From: an uncultured Terrimonas sp.
GTDB taxonomy: Bacteria > Bacteroidota > Bacteroidia > Chitinophagales > Chitinophagaceae
DNA length: 64,000 bases
Assembly: GCA_964518685.1 (NCBI GenBank)
Contig: CAZFGP010000001.1
Coordinates: 28,892 to 92,891 of the forward strand
Direction of reading: 5' to 3'
In this document: piece after piece, positions 19,029 to 29,149 of the stretch
How the letters are laid out: each line of letters begins with the position of its first letter
How positions within the stretch are numbered: the stretch's first letter is position 1
Made by a program: the position numbers and the translations under genes
Notes under the pieces: generated by a model
What the model was told of the DNA's origin: nothing
The model's input: only the letters and a program-made list of their open reading frames with translations
Database searches by the model: none

Positions 19029-20969
19029 ATGATACGTAAGATATTCTTTTTACCAGTTCTTCTTTTATCAATTGTATGTACTGCTCAGGAAAATCCTTTG
19101 CAATGGGAAATAAACAGCAAAAAGGAAAATGACAGTTCCTTTACGCTGATTATTCATGCTACCCTTGCACAAAATTGGCACATCTATGCCGACTCCGTCA
19201 GTGATTTGGAAATGGGGGGATTGCAGCTCAACTGGGACGATGAAGATATTCAGAAAGTGGGGGCGCTTATGGCTTCTCCGAAAGCATCTTCTATACAAGA
19301 TCCGGTATTTGATAATAAACATATGACCGTTTATTCCGGCAGTTTCACCCTGAGTCAAAAAATTAAAGCCAAAAGCAGCGTACCGGAATCCCTTAAAATA
19401 GAACTTTCCGGATTTGCTTCCAATACCGAAGAATTTATCCCCATTGAGGATAACCGCACGGTTCATTTTGAGGGTGGAATTTCTACGGCTTCTGCCAGTC
19501 AGATAAAACTAGCCACCGTTGATCTGAAAAACCCTGTTTCACCTTGTGGAGATGAAACGCAATCCGGACAGGGGCTGCTAACGGTTTTTTTATTGGGATT
19601 TATCGGGGGTATCATTGCCCTGCTTACACCCTGTGTATTTCCCATGATACCGGTAACCGTTTCCTTCTTTACCAACAGAGCTTCAGGGAGGAAACAGGCC
19701 ATAAGAAACGGACTGCTTTACGGCTTTTTTATTTTTCTCATATATGTATTAGCGAGCATACCCTTCCATATTGTGGGAAATGTGCAGCCTGAAATATTTA
19801 ATAACATTTCAACCAACGCCTGGCTGAATGTTTTTTTCTTTGCTGTTTTTATCTTTTTCGCTATTTCTTTTTTTGGCTACTTCGAAATAACTCTGCCATC
19901 TTCTATCGCCGGCAGGGCGGACGCAAAAAGTAATCTGAGTAGTGTTACCGGAATATTCTTTATGGCCCTTACGCTGGTTATCGTTTCCTTTTCCTGTACA
20001 GGCGTAATTTTAGGTACCCTGCTGGTGGGTACGGCATCGGAGGGCGCCTGGTCGCTTACCACCGGGATGGCTGGCTTTGGCACTTCTCTGGCCCTGCCCT
20101 TTGCCCTTTTTGCTATGTTCCCCAACTGGTTAAAGTCGTTGCCCAGGAGCGGAGGATGGCTGGATACGGTAAAAAAGATACTGGCTTTTATAGAATTGGC
20201 TTTGGCTTTTAAATTTCTGTCCAACGCCGACCTGGTTGAACATTGGGGTTTATTGAAAAGGGAGGTGTTTATTGCGATATGGTTACTGGTTGCTATAGGA
20301 TTAGGATTATACCTTTTCGGCTGGCTACGGCTACCGCACGATTATAAAGGACAAAAAATTTCCGCAACGAGGAAAGTGCTTGGCATCCTGTCTTTTCTGT
20401 TTGCTCTTTACCTCATTCCCGGGCTTACTTCCACATCTTTTGCCAACCTCAAACTTTTGAGTGGCTTTCCACCTCCTTTGAGCTACAGCATTTACGGCAG
20501 TACAAATGTTCAGGGGAAAGGGGTGGAAGCACATGTCACCAATAATTTCAGGGAAGCTGTTCAATTGGCTGAAAAAGAAAACAAACCTATCCTCATTGAT
20601 TTCACAGGATGGGCTTGTGTAAATTGTCGTAAAATGGAAGAGCAGGTTTGGACCCTTCCGGAAATATCTGCACTACTGAATAACAATTTCATTCTGGTAT
20701 CTCTTTATGTAGATGACCGAAAAAAACTTGCTCCGGCAGACCGGTTTACCTACACTTTTTCTGATGGAAAAGAAAAAGATATTGAAACTATCGGAGACAA
20801 ATGGGCTACATTTCAAACGGAGAATTTCGGAAGATCCACCCAGCCGCTATATGTTATCCTAAACTCTTCCGGGGAGTTATTGACGCACCCCATCGGATAT
20901 ACCCCGAACGCCCGGGAGTATGAAGAATGGCTTAAATGCGGGCTAAAAGCATATAGCGCAAACCAATAA
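19029..20969 (+). CDS. dsbD: DsbD-family thiol:disulfide interchange protein (DsbC-N + CcdA/DsbD TM + thioredoxin)
   Basis: WHIY N-domain, TM cysteines LTPCVFPMIP and SFSCTG, and thioredoxin motif DFTGWACVNCRKME. Confidence 0.88.
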   Translation: MIRKIFFLPVLLLSIVCTAQENPLQWEINSKKENDSSFTLIIHATLAQNWHIYADSVSDLEMGGLQLNWDDEDIQKVGALMASPKASSIQDPVFDNKHMTVYSGSFTLSQKIKAKSSVPESLKIELSGFASNTEEFIPIEDNRTVHFEGGISTASASQIKLATVDLKNPVSPCGDETQSGQGLLTVFLLGFIGGIIALLTPCVFPMIPVTVSFFTNRASGRKQAIRNGLLYGFFIFLIYVLASIPFHIVGNVQPEIFNNISTNAWLNVFFFAVFIFFAISFFGYFEITLPSSIAGRADAKSNLSSVTGIFFMALTLVIVSFSCTGVILGTLLVGTASEGAWSLTTGMAGFGTSLALPFALFAMFPNWLKSLPRSGGWLDTVKKILAFIELALAFKFLSNADLVEHWGLLKREVFIAIWLLVAIGLGLYLFGWLRLPHDYKGQKISATRKVLGILSFLFALYLIPGLTSTSFANLKLLSGFPPPLSYSIYGSTNVQGKGVEAHVTNNFREAVQLAEKENKPILIDFTGWACVNCRKMEEQVWTLPEISALLNNNFILVSLYVDDRKKLAPADRFTYTFSDGKEKDIETIGDKWATFQTENFGRSTQPLYVILNSSGELLTHPIGYTPNAREYEEWLKCGLKAYSANQ

Positions 20970-21004
20970 AGTTTCTTATTTTAGTTCTCTAAAACCATGA
21001 ATTT

Positions 21005-22612
21005 ATGCCCATCCGTATGACCGATGACCCCGGCAACCAAAATGATCAGTATAATGACGCTGGTGGTGAAAGGCAAAACAGAGGAAACATGAGAGGGGGT
21101 GGCGGACTCTTCGCTCTTTTGCCCATTCTTATGCGTCTGTTTGGAATAAAGGGGCTAATGATTATAGCAGCTATCGGTATTGGAGGCTACTTTTTACTAG
21201 GGCCGGGTGGATGCGAAAATATAATGAGCCAGGCGGGACAACTCGCTACCGGTGGCATACTTGATCCGCAACAATTCCAGAAAGCAAGTATTTATGAAGC
21301 TCTTGCTGACGACAATACTAATAATCCACTGCCCGAGGCCGTCAATCTTCAAAAATACGCACCTTCAGTTGGAAATCAGGGAGAACAAGGCAGCTGCGTT
21401 GCCTGGAGCAGCGCCTATGCAGCAAGAACAATACTTGAATCCTCACGTTCGGGTCAAAATCCTGAGGAAATAAAATTCAGCCCCTCTTTTTTATATAACC
21501 AAATCGGCTTAGAAGGTTGTCAGGGATCTTATATTCTGAGAGCAATGGAATATATGACTAAACAGGGTTCTCTGCCTTATGAACAATTTCCTTATACAGA
21601 TCAGGATTGCAGCAGGCAACCTGCGGGCACTTTGATACAACAAGCAGAACAATTCAGGATGCGGGGCTTTAACCGGTTAACAGAGGGTGATAACACCAAT
21701 CAACTGGATATCCGCGCCGTAAAGGAAAACCTGGCTCAGGGGGCGCCTGTGGTTATAGGCATGATGGTTGGGCAAAGTTATATGCAGCCAATGATTGGTA
21801 AAGATGTGTGGATTCCTGAACCTGGCGATGGCGGGATGATGGGTTTTGGCGGACATGCACAGTGTGTGGTTGGATACGATGATACTAAATATGGAGGCTC
21901 CTTTTTAATAATGAACAGTTGGGGTCCGGAATGGGGAAACAATGGTTTTGCATGGGTTCGATACCCTGATTTTAAACGTTATGTAAGAGAGGCCTACGGT
22001 TTGGAGCCTATGACTAAAACAGGTGATACAGTCAATTCCGACTTCGGCTGTGAGATCGGTCTGGTAGAAGTGCAATTTGATGGGGGAAAAACCAATTCTG
22101 TGGGTTATATTCCTCTGAAGGTTAGCGAAGGCAATCGTTTTGAAACTCTGAATCGCATTAAACCAGGGCTGAAATTTAAAATGGAAGTGAAGAATAATAC
22201 AGAGTGTTATACTTATATCTTTGGTAAGGAAGTGGATGGAACCTGCTACACCTTATTTCCCTATCCTGAATCTTCAAATCCCTCCGCAACCAAATATTCT
22301 CCTTTTTGTGGCATTACAGGATACAGGTTGTTTCCAAAGGATAAGAGTATGACACCGGACAGTATAGGCAACAAAGATATTATAGCTATTGTGGTGAGTA
22401 AACAACCGCTGGACTGGTATAAAATAAACCAGGAAATCAGCCGGCAATCGCAAACAGACTTTATCTACAGAGTAAACCATACTCTTCAGTCACAAATTGC
22501 TCCACAGATACGTTTCGAAAGTACGAACTCCGGTGTCATCAAATTTGAAGGCCCGGCAACAAATAATCAATTGGCTGTCTGCACAGTAGAAATCAGCAAA
22601 CAAAAACCCTGA
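21005..22612 (+). CDS. Papain-like C1 cysteine peptidase with N-terminal membrane anchor and C-terminal DUF4384-like domain
   Basis: Catalytic residues QGEQGSCVAWS (Cys), GGHAQCVVGYDD (His) and MNSWG (Asn). Confidence 0.85.
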   Translation: MPIRMTDDPGNQNDQYNDAGGERQNRGNMRGGGGLFALLPILMRLFGIKGLMIIAAIGIGGYFLLGPGGCENIMSQAGQLATGGILDPQQFQKASIYEALADDNTNNPLPEAVNLQKYAPSVGNQGEQGSCVAWSSAYAARTILESSRSGQNPEEIKFSPSFLYNQIGLEGCQGSYILRAMEYMTKQGSLPYEQFPYTDQDCSRQPAGTLIQQAEQFRMRGFNRLTEGDNTNQLDIRAVKENLAQGAPVVIGMMVGQSYMQPMIGKDVWIPEPGDGGMMGFGGHAQCVVGYDDTKYGGSFLIMNSWGPEWGNNGFAWVRYPDFKRYVREAYGLEPMTKTGDTVNSDFGCEIGLVEVQFDGGKTNSVGYIPLKVSEGNRFETLNRIKPGLKFKMEVKNNTECYTYIFGKEVDGTCYTLFPYPESSNPSATKYSPFCGITGYRLFPKDKSMTPDSIGNKDIIAIVVSKQPLDWYKINQEISRQSQTDFIYRVNHTLQSQIAPQIRFESTNSGVIKFEGPATNNQLAVCTVEISKQKP

Positions 22613-22653
22613 TCCACTGTCCAAATTATTATTCTTTACTCAAACCGGGCCAT

Positions 22654-23142
22654 ATGAAATCATTTAAAGATATAGCCACTCGTCCTTTTAGAATGAGGTG
22701 GTTTCTGCTAACTCAACTGCCTGTCGCCTTTTTTTGTGGGATAAGAATAAAAACCCTTACTGATGAAAAGTGCGTGGTAACTGTACCCTTTACATGGCTT
22801 ACAAAAAATCCATTCAGGTCCACTTATTTTGCATGTCTCGCTATGGCTGCAGAAATGAGTACCGGGGCTCTGGCAATGGCTAACACCTATGGCCGGGAGC
22901 CAAAGGTTTCTATGCTATTGACTGAAATAACCGGAGAATATTTAAAAAAAGCAACCGGCATCACTTCCTTCATTTGCCGGGACGGGATAGCATTACGGGA
23001 TGCCATTGAAGAAGCGATTGCCACCAACGGGAGCAACGTAATTACTATCCATTCAATGGGTACCAATGAAGTTGGAGAATTAGTAGCATCCTTTAATTTA
23101 ACCTGGTCGTTTAAAACGAAAACTCCAAAAAGAAAATACTGA
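22654..23142 (+). CDS. DUF4442 hotdog-fold thioesterase-like protein
   Basis: LPVAFFCG, WLTKNPFRSTYFA..AMAAEMSTG and KKATG motifs. Confidence 0.8.
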   Translation: MKSFKDIATRPFRMRWFLLTQLPVAFFCGIRIKTLTDEKCVVTVPFTWLTKNPFRSTYFACLAMAAEMSTGALAMANTYGREPKVSMLLTEITGEYLKKATGITSFICRDGIALRDAIEEAIATNGSNVITIHSMGTNEVGELVASFNLTWSFKTKTPKRKY

Positions 23143-23298
23143 TAAAGTTTTCTGAAAAATAAGTATCCATACATTTTACTTATTTATAATTGGTAATTTT
23201 ATAGCTATTGGGATTTCAATGGTAATACATTAAGAAATTATAATGATTAATATAACGAACAATAAAATTCTACATCTCTAAAATTTAAAAAGAATATT

Positions 23299-23568
23299 AT
23301 GAAAGTAGATTCTAAAGTATTGCTTGGATTGTTAGCCGGAGCAGCTATTGGCGCCATTGCAGGGATCCTGTTTGCACCCGATAAAGGTTCAGAGACGAGA
23401 AAAAAAATTAAAGAAGGCACTTCTGATCTGGGCGATCAGTTAAAGGATTCTTTTAACAATTTCGTGGATAACCTAAAAGATAAATACCAGGACGCTAAAG
23501 AGGATGTGGAAGAAATGGTGGAAAAAGGGAAAGCCAATATTTTCAATCCGTCCGGTAAAAATTCATAA
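23299..23568 (+). CDS. YtxH-domain protein
   Basis: GAAIGAIAGILFAPDKGSETRKKI followed by a charged amphipathic helix. Confidence 0.9.
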   Translation: MKVDSKVLLGLLAGAAIGAIAGILFAPDKGSETRKKIKEGTSDLGDQLKDSFNNFVDNLKDKYQDAKEDVEEMVEKGKANIFNPSGKNS

Positions 23569-23643
23569 GGATAAGTTTCACAAAAGAACAGATTATCATT
23601 GAAGAAAGGTCTTATGCATCACTAACAGAAAAAAGGTTTACAA

Positions 23644-23988
23644 ATGAAAGAAACAGCTTCTGAAAATGTTGCCACGCTTATAGATGAGTTCAGGCGTTAT
23701 ATGGAAACAAAAGCAGAATTATGGAAATTAAGAGCAATAGAAAAGGCAACAGATATCATCTCTTCTTTGATTTCGCAACTCCTGATTTTTATTATTTTGC
23801 TGATGGGTGTGGTGGCATTAAATATCGGCATAGCCTTATTGATAGGGCAATGGCTGGGCGCTGCATTCTATGGTTTTTTTGCCGTTGCGGGTTTTTATCT
23901 CCTGCTGGGCTTAATTATATTCTTAGCCAGAAATAGTATGATAAAGACCCCACTCAACAATACTTTTATTGATAAACTATTGAAATGA
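23644..23988 (+). CDS. Two-TM holin-X/DUF1469-like membrane protein
   Basis: YMETKAELWKL followed by two TM helices and GFFAVAGFY. Typical position after YtxH. Confidence 0.7.
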   Translation: MKETASENVATLIDEFRRYMETKAELWKLRAIEKATDIISSLISQLLIFIILLMGVVALNIGIALLIGQWLGAAFYGFFAVAGFYLLLGLIIFLARNSMIKTPLNNTFIDKLLK

Positions 23989-24359
23989 ACAACCCTAAAA
24001 ACACGGAGGAACTAAAAGCCCGGATCAGGGAATTGGAAGTCCGGTCTGCAGAGATGGAAGAAACGTTAAAGTTGCGGATGGAAAGCACTTACGAAAGTTT
24101 AAAACCTTATAACCTTTTTAAAAGTACAATACAACATATCATTTCGGATTCGGATCTGAAAAGCAGCATTTTGTATTCGGTAATTCAAATGGGGCTAAGT
24201 TTCGCAGGAGGTCATTTGCTAAATCGTGGCAGCAACATTGCAAGAAAGGCTATTGGCGCTGCAATGCAATTGGGAGCCAGAAAAGATACCAGAAAAAGTT
24301 TTGCTGTTTGGAAAAAATTTCTCAGTAATCTATTTGCCAAAAATACCAGGACTGCTTAA
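23985..24359 (+). CDS. Hypothetical coiled-coil protein (third gene of the YtxH module)
   Basis: ATGA overlap with the previous gene. N-terminal coiled coil and ESLKP.NL motif. Confidence 0.7.
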   Translation: MNNPKNTEELKARIRELEVRSAEMEETLKLRMESTYESLKPYNLFKSTIQHIISDSDLKSSILYSVIQMGLSFAGGHLLNRGSNIARKAIGAAMQLGARKDTRKSFAVWKKFLSNLFAKNTRTA

Positions 24360-24433
24360 TTCACTGCAGCTTGTTGTATAGTACTTCATCTTCATATATT
24401 GTTCTGTAACAAAAAATTTTCTATCTTCCCTGA

Positions 24434-25129
24434 ATGGAGTATTCGTCTTTTGTAAAAAAAAATTTAGTTTTTCTTTTTCTGATCTGCACCTGCGGTATAG
24501 GAAAGACCCAGACTTGCAGTTCTTTTTATCTCCTGCAGAATAATAAAACCATTACTATTAATCTGCAAAATAACAGAGGCTTTTCCAATGGAAAAATCAT
24601 CTACACAACAGCCGCAAGAAGTTTAAAAGGCAACGGTATTTCTGCTGTTATCCATACCAGCCTGTCAGACAAAGACGGCAAAGTGATTCATCATGGAACA
24701 AGTAAAATAAAATGCAACGGTGGATTATTGATGATGGATATGAATCTGTTTCTGCCCCATCAGCAACTCGAACAATTCAACCAGGCTCATGCCAAAGTAA
24801 AAGAAGCATTTCTGGAATATCCCCCAAATCTCAATACGAAAAGTGTACTCAAAGATGGTTTCTTTAGGTTAGAAATTGACAATAACGGCATAAAACAAAT
24901 CTTGAAGATGGAGATCCTTAACAGAAAAGTTAAGCCCTCCGAAAACGTAACTACGCCGGCAGGAGTATGGAATTGTATTCCCATAACCTATCAGGTAAAA
25001 TTAAATATTCAAACCGGACCCATTAACATCCCCGTTAATTATGAAGTAACCGAATGGTTTGCACCAGAGTTTGGGATTATAAAAACCATGAGTGAAGCAG
25101 GTACTTCAGAAATTGTTTCTATACAATAA
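24434..25129 (+). CDS. Secreted hypothetical protein (DUF3108/TapB-like)
   Basis: Signal peptide. Motifs LEYP, E.VTTPAG.W.C..I and EWFAPEFGIIKT. Confidence 0.65.
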   Translation: MEYSSFVKKNLVFLFLICTCGIGKTQTCSSFYLLQNNKTITINLQNNRGFSNGKIIYTTAARSLKGNGISAVIHTSLSDKDGKVIHHGTSKIKCNGGLLMMDMNLFLPHQQLEQFNQAHAKVKEAFLEYPPNLNTKSVLKDGFFRLEIDNNGIKQILKMEILNRKVKPSENVTTPAGVWNCIPITYQVKLNIQTGPINIPVNYEVTEWFAPEFGIIKTMSEAGTSEIVSIQ

Positions 25130-25133
25130 CCGA

Positions 25134-25595
25134 TTACCTAACCAGGGCCTCCAGCACTATCTCTCCATCTTTCGGCGGCTTTATCTCAACTTTAGACGGC
25201 ACAATAAATACACCCGCAGGATAAATTCTCTTTACATCTTCCAATAAATCCCCGGCCTCTTCTCTCGATAAAAAATTTCCTAATTGAACCTTAAAATAGG
25301 GAGAATGATACAAAAGATAGGTACTCTCCTCTGGAAAATCGCTCAATAGGCGGGTTTTAACAGTAATGGCTTTATTTCGGTCATTGGTAGTGATGACCTG
25401 CACCCGAAAGCCTTGCAGGGTTCTAAGGGTGTTGAAATAGACCTCTTCATTGATTTCTTTGCTTTTCTTCACGAGCAAATCCAATCTGGCATCTGCTGAC
25501 ACAACAATATGCTGAAAATTCATATTTGTTGTATCCTGTGCTGCCACACCTGAAACAACGATTAAGAGGGTCAATAAACATTGAATATTTTTCAT
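25134..25595 (-). CDS. SPOR-domain protein
   Basis: GFRVQV...P.FKVQLGNF.SR.EA motif. Signal peptide present. Confidence 0.85.
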   Translation of the reverse strand: MKNIQCLLTLLIVVSGVAAQDTTNMNFQHIVVSADARLDLLVKKSKEINEEVYFNTLRTLQGFRVQVITTNDRNKAITVKTRLLSDFPEESTYLLYHSPYFKVQLGNFLSREEAGDLLEDVKRIYPAGVFIVPSKVEIKPPKDGEIVLEALVR

Positions 25596-25695
25596 CCGTT
25601 TATTTTTTCTTTTACACTTTTATCGGGAGGAACTTTAAATATACGCATTCCCCGGTGTGGGAAAACTTCATCCTGCTCCGCTTCCTAACCTGTTT

Positions 25696-28600
25696 CTACG
25701 CTTCCCGGCCATGACAATGCTTGTACTTCTTACCACTACCGCAGGGACAGGGATCGTTCCGGCCAATCTTAGGGCCTACTTTAACCGGCTCCCGTTTTAC
25801 CATCGTATCTGAAGGATCAAAATAATCGTTTTCATTCGCTGCATAATCCTGGCCTTTTGAATCAATATCTTCCTTATTAACTCTCATTTTACTCATATCC
25901 GTTTTTTGTTCCCTGCCTTCTCTGATCTGACTGGCATTCTGCTCTACCGGTATGGCTGCATGGCTGAGGAAGGAAACAATATCTCTGTTTACCTCTCCGT
26001 CCATATTACGAAACATTTCAAAGGCAGAGGTTTTGTATATTACCAGAGGATCTTTTTGTTCATAAACTGCTGTTTGTACACTGTGCTTCAAATCATCCAT
26101 TGCCCTTAGGTGTTCTTTCCAGGCATCATCAATAACCGCCAGCGCTATAGTCTTTTCCATTGCATTTGCCAGTTCATGACCTTTCGATTCTAAGGTCTTT
26201 TTCATATTGGCGAGCACCTGTATGCTTTTCTTTCCATCCGAAAAAGGCACTACCACATTTTCTATATGATTCCCCTGGAGCAACTTGATATTCTGGAATA
26301 CCGGCATAGCCTGGATGGTAAGATTTTCTTTCCGGTTATTATAGCGATTAATAGCTTCTGTATAAAACCGATCTGCTATTTTGGTAACGTCACCCTTAAT
26401 AAATTCGTCGTGAGAAATAGCAGTATCTATTCCGAAATGAATAATAGCTGCCAGTTTAAATCCGTCATAATCTTCCTGTTCCCGAAATGAATTGATCAAT
26501 CCTTCGGCCACATTGTAAAACGCATTATCCAGATCAAGCGCCAGACGGTCACCAAACAAAGCATGTTCACGTTTGGTATATACCACATTGCGCTGCTTGT
26601 TCATCACATCATCATATTCAAGCAGCCTTTTACGGATACCAAAGTTATTTTCCTCCACTTTCTTTTGAGCCCGTTCTATACTCTTGGTAATCATACTGTG
26701 CTGAATCACTTCTCCTTCTTTATACCCCATTCTATCCATCAAAGAAGCAATACGCTCGCTCCCAAACATCCGCATCAAATCATCTTCAAGAGAAACATAA
26801 AACTGCGAAGTCCCAGGGTCTCCCTGCCTTCCGGCACGACCGCGCAACTGCCGGTCTACCCGCCGCGATTCATGCCTCTCGGTGCCAATGATAGCCAATC
26901 CTCCCGCTTCTCTTACTCCGGGTCCTAATTTGATATCGGTACCGCGTCCTGCCATATTGGTGGCAATAGTAACGGAGCCGCCTAAGCCTGCTTCTAATAT
27001 TACCTGCGCTTCCCGTGCGTGTTGTTTAGCATTTAATACATTATGAGGAATCTTTCTTGCCTGAAGCATCTTGCTCAGTAATTCACTCACTTCCACCGAG
27101 GTGGTACCTACCAGTGAAGGACGTCCGCTGTTTCGTAACTTTTCAATCTCTTCGATTACCGCTCTGTACTTCTCTCGTTTGGTTTTGTACACCAGGTCCT
27201 GTTCATCTTTTCTAATTACCGGAATATTCGTTGGTACCGATACCACGTCCAATTTATAAATGGACCAGAATTCTCCCGCCTCTGTCTCTGCAGTACCTGT
27301 CATCCCTGCCAGCTTATGGTACATACGGAAGAAATTTTGCAGAGTGATGGTGGCATAGGTTTGGGTAGCCGCTTCTACTTTTACATTTTCTTTTGCTTCC
27401 AAAGCCTGATGTAGTCCATCACTGTACCGCCGTCCTTCCATTATACGCCCGGTTTGTTCATCAACAATTTTCACCTGTCCATCTACTACGATGTATTCGA
27501 TATCTTTTTCAAATAAAGTATATGCCTTCAGTAACTGCTGTACAGAGTGAATCCGTTCTGCTTTAAGCGCATAATCATTCAGGATTTCTTCTTTACGTTT
27601 TAATTTAACCTCGGGTTCATCTGTGCCTTTTTCAACATCAGATAACTGGATGCTTAAATCAGGAAGGATGAAAAAGTTTGGATCTTCACCCCCCTTCGTA
27701 ATGTATTGCAAACCCTTATCCGTAAGATCAACCTGATTGTTTTTTTCATCAATTCTGAAATACAATTCCTCATCTACAAAAGGCATATTCTTTTCCTGTT
27801 CCGCGAGGTAGAAGCTCTCCACTTTCTGCAGCTTCACCCTTATACCCGGCTCACTGAGGTATTTAATTAAGGCTGTATTTTTAGGTAATCCGCGAAAGGC
27901 ACGAAGCAATGCCAGTCCACCTTCTTTTGCATCGTCCTTCCCTTCGGCAATCAGTCTTTTGGCATCAATCAATGCCTTGTTTACCACCTGCTTCTGAGCT
28001 TCCACTAATTGATTCACGCGGGGCTTCAACTGAATATATTGCTGATCCTCTCCCCCCTTGGGTATAGGGCCGGAGATGATTAAAGGGGTACGGGCATCAT
28101 CTATCAATACGCTATCCACTTCATCCACCATGGCATAGTGATGTTTGCGCTGCACCTTTTCTTCGGGGCTATGCACCATATTATCGCGCAGATAATCAAA
28201 GCCAAACTCATTATTAGTTCCGTAGGTTATACTGGCCTGATAAGCCTTACGCCTTTCGGGACTATTAGGGTAATGACGATCAATGCAATCCACGGTAAGA
28301 CCAAGAAATTCATAAATGGTACCATTCCACTCCGAGTCACGTTTAGCCAAATAATCGTTGACCGTAACGATATTGACTCCGAGGTCTGCCAGGGCATTAA
28401 GGTAAGCCGGCAGCGTAGACACCAGGGTTTTCCCTTCCCCGGTAGCCATCTCAGCAATTTTTCCCTGATGCAGGACGACTCCTCCCAGCAACTGTACATC
28501 ATAATGTACCATATTCCATGTAATCATATTACCTCCCGCCATCCAACTGCTTTTGTATCTCACCTTGTCGCCATCAATTATAATATGGGTTCTCTTTACA

Positions 28601-29022
28601 CTTAAATCCCTGTCGAGTTCGGTAGCGGTAGCTTCCAGTTCCTCATTTTCAGAAAACCGGCGGGCCGTTTCCTTAACCACAGCAAAGGCCTCCGGAAGAA
28701 TTTCATTAAGAGCCTCTTCAATTTTTTCATCCCGTTGCTTCTCTAACTTATCAATCTGCTGGTATAATTCGTCCTTTTGCATTATTTCAGTAAAAGGTAA
28801 ATCTTCCGCCTTTTGTTTAAGGTCGGCCATTTCATTATCAACAGGTAAAGTATGTTGTTTAATGCGGAGCTTAAATTCTACTGTTTTGTTTCTTAGTTCA
28901 TCATTGGATAAAGAAGCATAAGATGAAAAATATCCATTGATCTCTTCAACATAGTGTAAAATATTCTTAATATCTTTTTCTGACTTTTTTCCTCCAAATA
29001 CTTTAGAGATAAATTGCAACAT
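25696..29022 (-). CDS. secA: Preprotein translocase ATPase SecA
   Basis: EMATGEGKT, DEVD, ATNMAGRGTDI, RGRAGRQGDPG and C-terminal SEC-C motif GRNDPCPCGSGKKYKHCH. Confidence 0.98.
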   Translation of the reverse strand: MLQFISKVFGGKKSEKDIKNILHYVEEINGYFSSYASLSNDELRNKTVEFKLRIKQHTLPVDNEMADLKQKAEDLPFTEIMQKDELYQQIDKLEKQRDEKIEEALNEILPEAFAVVKETARRFSENEELEATATELDRDLSVKRTHIIIDGDKVRYKSSWMAGGNMITWNMVHYDVQLLGGVVLHQGKIAEMATGEGKTLVSTLPAYLNALADLGVNIVTVNDYLAKRDSEWNGTIYEFLGLTVDCIDRHYPNSPERRKAYQASITYGTNNEFGFDYLRDNMVHSPEEKVQRKHHYAMVDEVDSVLIDDARTPLIISGPIPKGGEDQQYIQLKPRVNQLVEAQKQVVNKALIDAKRLIAEGKDDAKEGGLALLRAFRGLPKNTALIKYLSEPGIRVKLQKVESFYLAEQEKNMPFVDEELYFRIDEKNNQVDLTDKGLQYITKGGEDPNFFILPDLSIQLSDVEKGTDEPEVKLKRKEEILNDYALKAERIHSVQQLLKAYTLFEKDIEYIVVDGQVKIVDEQTGRIMEGRRYSDGLHQALEAKENVKVEAATQTYATITLQNFFRMYHKLAGMTGTAETEAGEFWSIYKLDVVSVPTNIPVIRKDEQDLVYKTKREKYRAVIEEIEKLRNSGRPSLVGTTSVEVSELLSKMLQARKIPHNVLNAKQHAREAQVILEAGLGGSVTIATNMAGRGTDIKLGPGVREAGGLAIIGTERHESRRVDRQLRGRAGRQGDPGTSQFYVSLEDDLMRMFGSERIASLMDRMGYKEGEVIQHSMITKSIERAQKKVEENNFGIRKRLLEYDDVMNKQRNVVYTKREHALFGDRLALDLDNAFYNVAEGLINSFREQEDYDGFKLAAIIHFGIDTAISHDEFIKGDVTKIADRFYTEAINRYNNRKENLTIQAMPVFQNIKLLQGNHIENVVVPFSDGKKSIQVLANMKKTLESKGHELANAMEKTIALAVIDDAWKEHLRAMDDLKHSVQTAVYEQKDPLVIYKTSAFEMFRNMDGEVNRDIVSFLSHAAIPVEQNASQIREGREQKTDMSKMRVNKEDIDSKGQDYAANENDYFDPSDTMVKREPVKVGPKIGRNDPCPCGSGKKYKHCHGREA

Positions 29023-29121
29023 ATTCTGGATTTATTAAATATTGTTATTATTGCCTTTTTTCAGGTATTTCTGACAAAAATAATGCTGTTTTTGAATGCA
29101 GCCATAATGACAGAAAGAGAA

Positions 29122-29129
29122 CAAAGGTA
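29122..29129 (-). promoter_or_regulatory. -7 promoter box TACCTTTG for secA
   Basis: TAnnTTTG on the minus strand about 100 bp upstream of secA. Confidence 0.45.
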
Positions 29130-29149
29130 CAAAAACTAAAAAAGAGAGA

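Noticed and set aside
23644..23988. Holin-like gene as evidence of a prophage
   Set aside because: No phage structural, lysis or integrase genes nearby. The context is the YtxH module.
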